Origin: Anthoceros angustus
Taxonomy: Eukaryota > Plantae > Anthocerotophyta
Assembly (NCBI GenBank): GCA_010909165.1
Contig: MU008161.1
Location: 2,108,001 to 2,172,000 of the forward strand
Direction: 5' to 3'
DNA: 64,000 bases
This document shows, in pieces, positions 43,314 to 55,900 of the stretch (within the stretch, counting starts at the first letter, position 1; every line of letters begins with the position of its first letter). The notes under the pieces were generated by a model that saw only the letters and a list, made by a program, of their open reading frames with translations, had not been told where the DNA came from and did no database searches. The position numbers and the translations under genes were made by a program.

Positions 43314-44813
43314 ATGCGTCCTGGCTCTGGTCAGAGTAGTGATGATTATGACGATGACTTGCGAATCTGTGTCCTGAAATGGTCTAGCAGGGACGAGGAG
43401 GAGGAGGCTGTGGAGCCGGCAAGACCGCCTCCACAGCCTGAATCTCTGCTTGGCCATGACCTTGCGCATGAGACGAGGTTTCATACGGCTGCCGACTCCA
43501 AGGTCGCAAGATTTGGACGAGTGCAGCCGAATGATAGGGTTAACGTGTTTTCCATGTTGTCTGCGAGGCAGTCCAACATCTCGGGGAGGGGAAGGTTCTC
43601 TCGCTCTGAGTGCGGTCATGTAGGGTCGCAGTTTCTGCCGGCCGATGTGCCTGAGGTGGTAGAACAGATCGGTAGTCGGGCGTATATTGGACAGTTCTCT
43701 CCAGATGGGACTCTGTTCGTTGCTGGTTTCCAGGACAGACGAATAAGGATATATGATGTGGAAAACGGGTGGTGTCTCAAGAAGAACGTTGTGGCAAGGA
43801 ATTTGCGGTGGACGGTAACTGATACTGATTTGTCTCCTGACCAGCGCTTTTTAGTTTATGCCTCCATAACGCCCATGGTGCACCTTGTCAACGTGGGCAG
43901 CGAAGGTGGTGGGATCACTTCTCTTGCTAACGTTACTGATATACATGAGGGCTTGAATTTTGCCTCAGATTCTGATTCCGAGGGTGTGTTTGGAATATGG
44001 TCTGTACAGTTTTCAGGAGATGGGCGAGAGCTTGTTGCTGGTAGCAGTGATGCATCTATATATGTATATGACCTGGAGACCAGTAGAGTAGTTTCCCACA
44101 TACCTGCTCACAGGGATGATGTGAACACAGTGGTGTTCGCAGATGATAGTCCCAGCATCCTCTTTTCTGGAAGCGACGACAAACAATGCAAAGTTTGGGA
44201 CAGACGAACCTTTGGATCCGTAACTCGCTTTTGTGGGACATTGGATGGTCATTTGGAGGGGATCACTTTTATTCACAGTCGAGGGGATGGAAGGTACTTT
44301 ATTTCTAATGGTAAGGATCAGACGACAAAGCTCTGGGATATTAGGAAGCTATCATCTGGGGCATCACAAACAGCAAAGAAGCAAAAACTTCCAACTTTTA
44401 GGTGGGATTATCGATGGATGGAATACCCAGGGAAAGACGTGAAGCACCCAATGGATCAGTCCATTATGACTTACAGAGGACATCAGGTTCTAAGGACTCT
44501 TGTCCGTTGTTATTTCTCACCTGCATTCACCACGGGGCAGAAGTATGTGTATACTGGGTCGCATGATGGGTGTGTGTATGTCTATGACTTGGTCACAGGA
44601 GAAATTGTTTCAAAACTGGAGTATCATAAAGCAACGGTAAGGGATTGCAGCTGGCATCCATTTGAGCCCACGCTGGTAAGTTCCTCATGGGATGGAAAAG
44701 TTGTCAGGTGGCAACATCATCATGGAGAAAGCACCCTTGAAGGTGGATCGTGTCATTCTTTGGAATCAAACTCAAGGAATACAACACATGAAACTTTTTA
44801 TGACAGTGATTGA
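43314..44813 (+). CDS. LEC14B / DCAF11 (WDR23)-like WD40 protein, intronless CDS; start uncertain
   Basis: LSARQSNISGRGRFS, RAYIGQFSPDG, LRWTVTDTDLSPDQ, HRDDVNTV, GHLEGITFIHSRGDGRYFISNGKDQ, TYRGHQVLRTLVRC, VRDCSWHP. Confidence 0.9.
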   Translation: MRPGSGQSSDDYDDDLRICVLKWSSRDEEEEAVEPARPPPQPESLLGHDLAHETRFHTAADSKVARFGRVQPNDRVNVFSMLSARQSNISGRGRFSRSECGHVGSQFLPADVPEVVEQIGSRAYIGQFSPDGTLFVAGFQDRRIRIYDVENGWCLKKNVVARNLRWTVTDTDLSPDQRFLVYASITPMVHLVNVGSEGGGITSLANVTDIHEGLNFASDSDSEGVFGIWSVQFSGDGRELVAGSSDASIYVYDLETSRVVSHIPAHRDDVNTVVFADDSPSILFSGSDDKQCKVWDRRTFGSVTRFCGTLDGHLEGITFIHSRGDGRYFISNGKDQTTKLWDIRKLSSGASQTAKKQKLPTFRWDYRWMEYPGKDVKHPMDQSIMTYRGHQVLRTLVRCYFSPAFTTGQKYVYTGSHDGCVYVYDLVTGEIVSKLEYHKATVRDCSWHPFEPTLVSSSWDGKVVRWQHHHGESTLEGGSCHSLESNSRNTTHETFYDSD

Positions 44814-45169
44814 GTCTTCAAACAATGTCTCGCTGCGCCCTCAGCAGTCGATCCTGAACCAGGTGACATGTTGGCGTTTGCCTCCCTGATCTGTGTTTGG
44901 ATGACTCTAAAAATCCGCTGCAGCGCCACAGACTAGTGGGCAGGACTGTGACGGGACTCCTGGGCGCTGAGCATGTGGATACGTGTAAATAAAATGTTTC
45001 ATGGCTGAAAGGCTGTAGCGCAAAGTTGTTGAGCATCATTTAGGTTGCGGTGTTGCGAGTTGCGCAGTTGGTAGATTTTGGGATATTGTATCCACCGTAC
45101 ATAGTTGAAGACATGAAGGACAAGGCAAATTATGCGGTCTACAGAATACTAGGGGATATGGAGAAGCAT

Positions 45170-45277
45170 GACCCACCCCAACCTGGTGGGTCTATACGCT
45201 CACCTTGTTGACAAGGTGAACGTATTGCACTTGTCAATCAGCCTTGCCTGATTGACAAGTGCAATGGATACCCATTG
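45170..45277. other. Cluster of four adjacent perfect hairpins (8, 8, 18 and 6 bp stems)
   Basis: GACCCACC/GGTGGGTC; TCACCTTG/CAAGGTGA; ATTGCACTTGTCAATCAG/CTGATTGACAAGTGCAAT; CAATGG/CCATTG. Confidence 0.85.
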
Positions 45278-45569
45278 ACAACAGAAGCCAACAAGATACG
45301 GAAAGGGCAGCCCTGCCACGTGACGCCTCGCTTGGTAGGCTCTTGTTCTTGCTCTTTTCTTGGTTTAGACCGAATTACCTGGCTGATGGTTTTAATATGT
45401 TTGTTTTTTACAAATTATGAAAACTAAAAATAATAACGACCTTCGACGGGTTCACGACCGTCTTTGATTTGCTCATTTGCCGAGGGCTCTGAAAGGCAGC
45501 TTCCCTGTATCCTAAATCTATCGTACAACGAGCTCCCTACCCACCTATGGCGGAGCGGGCATGGTGACA

Positions 45570-45760
45570 CGGTCAAACCGAATGCCTTCATGCGGGGGCT
45601 CCATAATCTCGGCACATGCTGAACATGGGAAACCTAATGAGGCTTTGCAATCGTACCATGAGATGCGTAGCTCAGGTTTGAAGGCGGATGCTCACGTCTT
45701 TGTAGCTGCCCTTCAAGCTTCTTGTGCACTTGCTGCAGACTTGAAATCTGGAGAAATTTT
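45570..45760 (+). pseudogene. PLS-PPR fragment (one to two motifs)
   Basis: SIISAHAEHGKPNEALQSYHEMRSSGLKADAHVFVAALQASCALAADLKSGE, resembling the first motifs of the two full PPRs; no continuation. Confidence 0.7.
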
Positions 45761-47204
45761 CATTGTGACGTGTTACACAGCAGCATTCCTCCTAACGTGT
45801 TGGCAGCTGCCAGGTGGACTTGGATGCAATAAGTGCACCTCTATTCAACCGTGTTGCGTTTCTTGCTCCTTCTGAGCAGGAAGATCAACACCAAGTGTTT
45901 CCTCATCTCTGTTCAAAGAATCTAGAGATTTCTTGATTCGGCTTCCTCAACTAGTTCAGGAACAGATCTGAGTGTTTCATGATCTCAAAGATTGAACTAC
46001 AGAAAGCATGCTTGTCTCCTTGCATAATCACACTCATAGGTACATTTATACTGTTACACTATAGCTGCACAAACTGCTCACAGGACTGATTTCTAGTTCT
46101 TCCATCGCAAGTTCAGTATCGTTCCGTGAAGCAAAGCCAGCATCACACTTCATCTTCTAAAGCTTAGTCAAGAAAGGGCTCTGTCGCATAGCGGTAATGT
46201 AAACGAGCTTTGTTGATTGGATTCCAGAAAACATACCTTCCGTTCAAGGAAAGGCTTCAGAGCAACCGCCAACAACTAAACACTCAAGCACCGCAGAACT
46301 GGAGGCCTTTCTCTTCCTGCTGCTCGCCCGTTCTACAATTTAGAACAGGTGAGTTTGTTAAAGGATAATTGTTATAGAACAGTCCGGCCCTGCTAAAAAA
46401 GGGCATCCTGGTTTCCCTACAGTGCGCACTGCTGGATGAGATATCTCCATATGTATCTGCCATCTCTTCGTCGCTCGCCGAAGCGAAAAGGGACACCCAG
46501 AACCTTAATATGCTCCAGCGCAAAAGACTTGCGCTGCTAAGGCAAAAGAGCTTTGATTCGAGAATCGAGGGCAAGGCATTGCTGCAGGTTGCTGCCTCCT
46601 TTCCACAGGCCTGGTGGCCTGGCAGAGCTAAACAAAGTCTAAGAGCCGCAGATCTGCAACGCCTCCTTGTTCAGGCGGGTGACAGTGTGACGAGGAGTTT
46701 GTTTGTCTTACGCCTGGTCAAAGACAGGAGAGGAGCCACGCGGCGAGTCTGCAGGGACGCCAAGTGGAGGGAGAGACACACGGCCAGGCACGTGGCCCTC
46801 GAGTTCCAACCGCCCGGCAGGCTCTGCGGACGGGAGGTCAAAACTTGCCTCGGCAATTGCATTTCAGAGCAGGAGGTATCTACGATGCCGAAATCAGAGT
46901 TGATGACAGATCATAAGTTTGAAAAGATCTGTCTTCAACACCTCTCGGAAGCAGCGAGTCTAATAGTTTTTGAAGGGGCAACAGAGAGGGCCATTTGAGG
47001 CCACAAGGAACATGCTCGCTTCTACAATGCTGCTACGTCCTTCACCATAACCGGCCAACCAACTCGAATGCAAAAATTGTTGGAAGCCGGAACAAATCTT
47101 CATGACAGAGCTTCAAGGCGCATGCAGATGGAGCCGCCCCAGAACAGCCTTCCTGTGATGTTCGTCCGCTGTGCTAGAAGCATACCAAGCCTGCTCTACA
47201 CTCA

Positions 47205-50143
47205 CCTAGAGCAACGTCTGCGCCTGGAGACACTTTGGGGCAGGCGGAGATCGTCGCTCCCATAAAGGGCTGACTCTTGTTGTCTCTCTTCCAAGATACC
47301 AGATAGTTTCTCAACGAAAGACGTACTTGGGGAGAGTCTTCTTGGCTTTGAGTCTAGAGACACACAGATACTCTGGAGTCCCATATATTTCCGTAAAGAC
47401 TGACAGCTTACAAGCTGAGCCTTCAATGGAGACCTCTGTGTGCAACCAATGCAATCTCTGTGCCACAAACAGAAACCTCTATGAACATTAGAAGAGCTCA
47501 CAGGCACTGCATCCATATCACTTACTATGCCCGATTTCGTGAGGCCTAACAACGTTGCAGGGCAAGGACAAGGGAAAAAATCTGCTGCAACCCAGACATC
47601 ATATTAGGGCTCACCTCAACGCAGTTTCTCATATCTCTGGAAGCATACCCTGTCCCCTTCTGGACAGTTGTACAACAGGGACGAAATCAGAAAGTAGTCC
47701 TCAGCACAGGTTGATGATAACGTAGTTTCACACGCAAAACATGAGAGGCAAGAACACAGCTGAACACATCCATCTAGCGCTCTTGTAGCACGCTGTAAGA
47801 CTGTCTCTCACAGGTTCATAGAGCAATCGACACCAGCGTGCTACAACCACTTAGCAGAGGCCTAGAGGAAAGAGGCCGTCAGTCTCCCCATGAGCAAACG
47901 CTGCAACATGCTATTACTTGGATGCTTCTGGCAACCCAGGATCTTGCAGTTGCAGACGGTGCTTGAGAGATGCCTCCCATAGAGCCCTCAAGTGGAGGGC
48001 AGCAAAGGAAACAGCAGAAACAGGGTCAAGCAAGGGAGAGATGTAGACAGTAGAGAAACGAGGTCCAGCCAGAGATAACAGAACCGCCAGATTCAAGTGC
48101 AATCAGGACAGAAAAGAGTCCCGGTATTATCAAGGCAGTGGTGGCCAATGTGGAGAATGGCACCTGCACAATGTTTCTCCATGCAGGCTTCCAATTCAGA
48201 GAGCAGCATGCAAGGAACACGGCTGAGGCAGCCACTTCAGATGGCCGGTACTTGAGACACTCATAGTCTAGGAGAGACAAGCAAAGAAAGAATTCTGCCA
48301 ACTTCGCCAGCTTCTTGTTGCCGTTCAGCACCTTCACATAGCGCCTGTGGAAGGTCTCAGAGAGAGAGACGAGGTCAGCACGAAAGATTATGGACAAGCT
48401 TGGAAACTTCGTACCGCAAAACATGGCATTGTGACAAAGGGGACCTCACCAGAAGAACGTTGCAGCGGTTGGTGTTGAGCACTGGTACTGAAGGCTCTTG
48501 AGCACATAAGCCTCCATCTTAATAGCATGCTCCTCGGTGAAGCTATCGGCAGCCATGTCGACCAGGTACTTAATCATGCTGCCACACCAAGAGCACCGCG
48601 TCAAGAAAGCATGCGGTACAACGGGGCGTAACACGAGGGCTTCATAGGTTGGGACAGGGCACATACCACGGCCCTGAAGCTGTCTCTTCCACTTTGACGG
48701 CAATCATCAGACATGCCGAGCCGAGGAGCTGAAGCATCTTGCACTGCATGGGAGTGTTCTTGAGGCAACGATCCATGAACATCACCGCGCGGAGAGTTGT
48801 ATCCAATTCCAAACTGCAGTCCAGCGCAACCTGGAGGCCAAGCAGCACAAACATGAGCGCCAGGCAGGCGACAAACGAACTGCACGGAATCCAAGTAGCA
48901 GAAGACTCAGCTACCTCATACAGCCAGTTGATCATGCGCTGGCGATGCTCCTCCGAAATGTCCGATCCCGGTGCGCCAATGGCGCCATACAGCAGCGGCC
49001 GCTCCTTCTCCCTCTCCCGCAGATTCTCAAAAATTTCATCCTCATAGAGATCAGAGTCCTGCGAGGCAGGCACGCGAGCCGGCAACATGAAGCGCAAGGG
49101 CAGCGAAATGAAACAGCACGCAAGACCTCTCCCTCCAGAGCGCCGGGTTCCCGCTCCCGCTCACACTCCGCCAATTCAAGTCGCGCACAGTCACGAACAA
49201 GAAGCAGCAGCAGCAGCAAATGCGGAAGACGCGCAGCGTGGCCAGCAGCAGCGAGGCTCACCTGCGCAGCAGAATTGTTGTCCGGAAGGCCGGAATTCGG
49301 CATCTGGCGCGCCGGCTGCGACACTGCGCATTGCGTGTCGCGCGCCACAATTGCGAGCGGCGGGCCGTCGGAATTGCGTCGCGGCTGCGCGACGCCTTCT
49401 TGATTGCCGCCGACAGGCGGAATTGCGGCCCTGTCCCCCGAGCTGGAGCAATCCCTGTCGCGGCCGGCCGCAGCCGCCAGGTGCGTCAAGGACGGACTGG
49501 ACGCGAACACTCTGCTGCGCTCCCGGCTCCTCCCGCACAATGCAACCGGCGATTCCTCCCAATCCTCCACCACTTCCGACGACAGCAGGCTCTCCTCCCC
49601 TTGCGAGCACGTCACAGCCAGCCGCGCACACGGCAGGATGGATCTTGACCAATCCAGAAGCCCGGACTGCACGCTCTGCCACTCCCAAGCCTCTCCCTCC
49701 GCCTCTTCCGAACAAACCGAGTCCGGCTCTTCCCGGCAGAACATCTCCTCCTCCTCCGGGACTGCATCATCCTCATACTCCACCACAACTCCACCCTCTC
49801 CTTCCTCCTCCTCCTCTTCTTCCACTTCCTCCTCCTCCTCCTCATCCTCTTCCTCTTCCTCTTCCGCCTCCTCCTCTTCCTCCTCCTCCTCTCCGTCCTC
49901 GTCCTCTTCCACTCCCTCCCGCTCCTCCTCCTCCACTCCATCTCCGGCCTCCAGCCGCCTGCGCTTCCCGGCGGGGCGCCGGGGCCGGGGCGGCTGCGCG
50001 GGAGGCATCACGGGGGGGGCCTGCCCGGGGCGGCTCTCCAGCGCCATCGCCAGCGCCATGGAGAGCGAGACGGGCAAGGCGCGGCTGATGCGGCCGCGGC
50101 GCCTGCCATACACCACCACAGCCTTGCGGCGCTCCTGCTTCAT
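47205..50143 (-). CDS. Cyclin (A/B/SDS-like cyclin box) with long acidic, low-complexity N-terminus; multi-exon; 3' end uncertain
   Basis: DEIFENLRERE..HRQRMINWLYE|VA..L..DTTLRAVMFMDRCL..LQLLGSACLMIAVK|VEE, KMEAYVLKSLQYQCSTPTAATF, CLSLLDYECLKYRPSEVAASAVFLA. ATG of MKQERR at 50143; homology is solid for 48160-49070. Confidence 0.8.
49770..49945. repeat. (TCC/GAG)n low-complexity tract encoding poly-Glu in the cyclin N-terminus
   Basis: TCCTCCTCCTCT.. run on the + strand. Confidence 0.85.
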
Positions 50144-52944
50144 GGAGCTCGGTGATGGCGGCAATGGCAGGATGGCAGCAAGCGGCAACAATGGCGCGCC
50201 TGCTGCCTCGCCCGGGCAAGGAGGCGAGCGAGGGCTTGCTCCCGCTGGCTCGCTTGCTGGCTCGCTGCGTCCTCCTCGTCCCCTGTCCGCGCATTTGCCC
50301 CTCGCCCTTCAGACACGAGCCCGGGCCGGGGCCGGGTCGCCCGGCCCGTCCCGGCCCCGGCCCCGGCCCCGGCTGGCGCAACCTCCCCAACCTCACCCGC
50401 TTCCCCGGCGAAACGTTCCGCCAGAGCGGCCGCAGCAGGCGGCGCGGCTTGCGCGCTGCGTTCCGTCCTCGTGACCCGTCATTTTCTTACCCCATCCCAG
50501 ACCGGGATCCCCCTCCCCGCTCTACCTCCAAATCAATGCCTGCCCCCACCACCGTGCCGCTAATTCATTGCCATGTTTCCTGCTGGCCCTCCAACGTCAA
50601 TCAACAAACATTGCATTACCTCCCCACACTCCACATTTAGCTCCCTACATTCATTCCCTTCACTCCATCCCCTCTTAAAACCATCTCGCATTCACATTCA
50701 ATGTATGGATTCCAAATTCTACGTTACATATACGTGCATGCCTGATAGAAGCTAATCTTATTACATCCATTCGACATAACTTCTTTGTTACCCATAAAAA
50801 GATGAGGCAACTCTAACAACCAAGGACATGCAATTTTGCATATAAGCTTGCTTGCTATAGGTGGATTTGCGTCTCTCACCAAGTCCTTATCCCATCAAGT
50901 GGACACATATATCTTCGTATCTTCCGTGGCCATCATAGCTTGAGGAGTATCTTCTCCCGCCTCCACGGCCTTATTAGGACCGCTCACATTGAAGTTGGAT
51001 ATCACAGCTCTCAGAGTATCTTCTCTCGTTACCACAGCTTTACTAAGACCTCGTAAGTTTCAAGTATGTAGCATCATTTTACTTCTCCTGCGCTCTCGAT
51101 TCTCACCCGGCATGCATACGAATCCGATTCTCACAGGTCCCCATCGGATCACTCAATGCACCAGTTGGGCAAAGACATGTTACATTTGAAATGTTGGGCG
51201 CCCACAAATCAGGGTGGATCGGCCTTATGAGTGACGGCTATGGGATGTCTTTATGGACGACCCCACACCCTAACCCTATTCTACTCCAGGCAAGTTGAGG
51301 TGTCGTTGCTAATAAATGCATGTGTGTCATGAACGGCCCTGTGAAACGGTTTCTGCCAGCCTTCGTCAGATTAGGTAATGTGAACTTATGACTCTGCGCC
51401 TAGTCAAGCTGGAGCCTCGAAGGTGGGCGATACGAACACCACCACGGACAGTGCCCAGAGCTATATGAACAACATAGACAGTAGACCAGTTCTAAGAAGA
51501 GTCCTAATCCCAAAAACGGCCATGAAGGTGGTGGGCGATACGAATCTGCTTCATTCAAGGCCCAAATTTAAGACGGCCAGTTGTTGGACAGAAGTTGAAC
51601 TTCCGACACATTCAGAGAGAGCTGTTTTGTACTATCCCACACTCGATCGTGACCCTACCATGTATATTTAAGTGAGCCACATACACATAATAGAGTTCCT
51701 CTTCCAAACCATACAATGTTCTACTTGATGACTTCACCCATTCCTCAATATGTATGTTATCCACACCATCAATTTGCTTTTAGCATAATCTTTCAATGAA
51801 CTCCACCTCGCCAAATGGTGACCTTAATGCTAGACAACCACCCGACTCCAACTCCACAATCTTATCTTGATTCCTAACACTCCTAAGAATAATAATCCAT
51901 ATACCAAGAACTTGGGATTCCTTGGAACTGCATTCCTCTAGAATAATCACACATCTTCCAAGAACTTCCTTATATGTGTTACAAAATGGAGATACAAGTT
52001 TGGCAGTTGAGATTAGAATGACTACCCTCTACCTTTAGACCACATAATCTACAGACTTCACAACCTCCTGAGTAGATTTTTAAGATTTTAATCTTTATTT
52101 AAATTAATAAAAGTAATTGTCTCAATAGATCCTCTATTATTCCGTTTCCCTTTTGTCAACCTAGAGTTTGTGTAGATACACAAAACAAGTCCACTAGAGT
52201 CATAAGCATAAGTACCGCTAGGGTATGTGAAGTCACTTGGCACGTAGAGAAGAGAGCGGATGATGAGCTATGATGTCAGTCACGACATAAAATATGCATT
52301 TACTTCTTGTTACTGAAAATGTGATTACGCTGCAGCTGCAGGTGCAGCTCGCAAAGGTACCGTTTTTGTCCTACGCAGGTGCATGATTGTTTATGGCGGT
52401 TAATTTGAGTGTGGACTGGCAGCGAGGCTGCCAATTGGATGCTCCAACTCACACGACTTGCCAGACAGACTGCATTCCTGCGCCTGCTGCCGTGACCGCC
52501 TGCGCTGGGCTGCGTCGTTTTCCCGTTTCGCTCTCTTTCGCCGCTTTCGCCATCTTTCGCCCGCTTTCGCCGCACGCCCTCGTCTGCGACATCCAACGGC
52601 CGAGTCCGCCCGCATCCGACGGCATCGGACTCCGGGCGTGTGCCCTGCTCCACGTCAGCTCCGGGACGAGTTACCGCTGTCGGCCGGTTAAGCTAACTCT
52701 GGTTTAAAATATCTCCGGGCCCGGGGTTCGGCTCCGGGGGTATCCGAGGACGAGTGTGGCGTGCTATGGGCTTACTCGGGTAGTGAAGTTTCTTTCGAAG
52801 GAAGAACTACAGTGGTGTCACAGTCATAAACAGGTCGCCCACGAAAGAGCGGGAACAGTCGCGACACCGGCTGTCGGCCAGATAGACCGGGACGCGGACT
52901 CGGGTTTCAGAGCGCGCTGGAATTTGATTAAGGCACTTCGCCTT

Positions 52945-55900
52945 CTACCGCCTACTCTTTTCACGTTTCCTGTCATCAACTCTTTTCCGCTTGGGAGCAA
53001 CATCGGAGTCCCCGTCCGACTGGTAGTTGGGGGAGGGACGACGGTCCGACCAGGACGCGTCCGCGGGTCTGGATTTATGGTGAGTTCTCCTAGCTGGGGA
53101 CAAGCTGGACCGAGAGCCTTGGCCACGTTCGACGATTTTGTCAGGGGACTCGTCGGCTCCATGTTGCTTGTTGTACCTCTGCAAGAAGGGACGTTTGGGT
53201 GAGTACGAGAGATTGCAATACCCCTTTAGGATCAAAGGACTTGCTCAACATCTTGTGGCGGGGAAGTTACCTTGCTCGTCTTGGGGTTGCCATTCGACTC
53301 GGCAGCATCATGGGCCCCTGCTTCCGGATAGGGATCCCTGTGGGAAGAAGATGGTATGTATGTTGGAACTGCTGTATTATTCCCCCATGCGCAGAATGGA
53401 GAGTCTCAGCTACAACGGAATATGGTAGTCTCACCTTTCGTGGTAACGTTCCATGCCTTCCATCTCTCGTATCCTTCGCATCTCTGCCTGCCTGGCTTCA
53501 AACTGTTCCCTACTCATAATGCTGCCATCATGTCGAGCAGCAGGTGGGTTGGGTTCCACGTAGTCCCTGCAGGGGCGAAACCGAGGTGAGGTTTTGTTCG
53601 ACCATTCACGTACGTGGAGGCGATGCTGCACCAAGCTATTGCTCAGACATCCCCTTACCTTGGATACGAATTCATGAACCCATCCCCCTCATAGGGCTCG
53701 TGCCCCATGCCTCCGTGAAAAGGCATCATTTCAGGACCTCCGCCGTATCCATAATAGGAGGGAGCCTGGAATCCATTACCGTAGCCTTGATACATCATTT
53801 GTTGTTGAGACATCCCTCCCCACTGCATGTGAAAATCTGAAATCCAGAATTATGTCAGAAAGCAATCTCAGAGGACGCAGATTCAAGTTGGGACCCCTGG
53901 AACACAGAGGAGATGAAATTTCAGACCTGGGTGAGGGGGATAATTGTTGTATGGCACTGGCCCCATCATATGATTCATGGGACAAGCCCATGCTGGATGG
54001 TCATAGGCACCACACTGCAAGCAATACCTTTCCTCCTGTACACGCCAACCATTATCAGGAACAGATAAGAAACAGACCCATGAACTCCTGGACAACTTCG
54101 TGAGAACCGTCCGATGAAAGCTTCCAAATTACAATATTTACATACCTGCATGTTGTAACTAGGGCCTGGACCACCCATCTCTTCGTCATATCCATTTTCT
54201 GCACATCCATTGAGTACCTTCAGAAACTGACAACCCCGAGAGTAATCGCCAACGAAAACGTCGACTCGTTACACCTCCACGAATAAGACGAATCTCATCA
54301 CGTCAACTTACCACCCCTGTAAGGAGGAAAGCCCTGCTGCTCTCCTCCCAAAGGTAACTGACGCTTGCGCTTCACCTTACTCTTAGCCACTGCACACGAA
54401 AGGACATCATGTGAGACCACAATTCACCATGTCCCCCTACAATTCAGCAACGATGGTTCACATTCTGGAACCCGTAAGAAATAAGGGCAAGATCTTCCGT
54501 ACAGACCTTTCGCTTGACCTCGTGCGGCATCCGTCACAGATGTCACACCAGCAGCAGCTTTCTGCCGTCGCTGTTGCACCTCCTCCTCAACCCTAGCAAT
54601 TTCCTGTGGGCTGACGCCATCATCTTGGACATTAGGTTCCCTTGTGGTCACTTGGGACTCTGGTGTGCCATCAGCATTCTCCACTCCAGAGTTGCTTTCC
54701 TGCAACTGATTCTTAGATCCCCCTAACTTCTCCTTCGTGTTTGGGGACGGAAAATCCGCTTGAGGCTCCCTCAAGGATGCAGAAACCGAGGGAGACACTG
54801 CCTTGGCCCGTGGAAGAGGGGCTGACTCCATATCTGTCAAGACAGCAAAAGATGGTGAGAAATCGACTGCGAGACAACAGCAGCAAAGAAGCAATGTGCT
54901 GCCTGTAGACAAGCAATCTAACTTCTGTTCAAATGCAAACCTTGGACTTGGAGCCTGCTCCCAGCATTATTGCCACTACTCGTCGTCATTGTGGTTTGCA
55001 CTTGAGATTCAAGAAAGTGGTCAATTGCCTCACGGAGAGTCATGTTTGGCAGGAGGTCATCCGCCAGCACATTAGATGCACCACAAACACATTTCCCCTT
55101 TGTGATGATCTCCTGCCTAATGCCTGCAAACAGGATGCACAAGGGTTTCACAACAACGTTCGTACAGCCAACTCATGACATGATGAAGTTTGAAATCAGC
55201 ATAAAGGACGTACATCGATCGCAAAAGCTCTTGAAACAACATTTGCTGGTCAATACAGCCTCCTTCAACACTCCTCTGCACAATGGGCAGCGGAGTTCTG
55301 GAGGAATATTTTCCAGCATTGCTCGCTTGGAGAGCAACCCAGTTACCTCCTTTTCAAAAATGGCTCTGTTGAAAAAACAGCAAATAGTCAGCAAACGGCA
55401 AAACGTCTGACGTGGGCGATGTCATAGAACGAGTGTTTATCTGCTGTGACAACAAAGGTACATAATAGCCTACTCATTTGGCTTCAACACAGCCACCTCC
55501 CCTGTTGGCAAAGCGTAGGACCCATCAGGGTTGGCAACCAGCATTGTCTTTGGAATGCCAGTAGGTGGCTTCACTTTCTTCATGTCATATGCTGGGTCGC
55601 CATTGGTCGGGCAATGCTGAATGTAATGCCCTGCAAGAAACTCATGTCATCAGGAAAAGAGCTGTAGGTGGCAGCCAGAAAACTTGAAAATGTCCCAGAC
55701 AACATGCAAAAGAGCCATGGTTGCTAAGGTACAAACCTGTAATGCCACACCGATGGCATACATAGCCATGGGGCGGAGTTTTCTTCTCAAACATTCGACC
55801 GGCTGCATGCGCAACAGGCAGGACACGCTGTGAGAACTAATTGAATGCTGAGACATGCAGTTCACAAAGATCCATCAAATTTGAGGCCTAGTTACCATTA

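Noticed and set aside
49404-50474. 356 aa poly-Ser ORF
   Set aside because: Antisense reading of the cyclin poly-Glu exon.
50760-52100. Possible LTR/TE remnant between the cyclin and RBBP6 genes
   Set aside because: Looks repeat-derived, but I could not find a diagnostic motif, PBS or paired LTR.
53982-54023. CX2CX4HX4C as a retrotransposon gag knuckle
   Set aside because: Flanked by splice sites in phase with RBBP6 exons; no gag or pol context.
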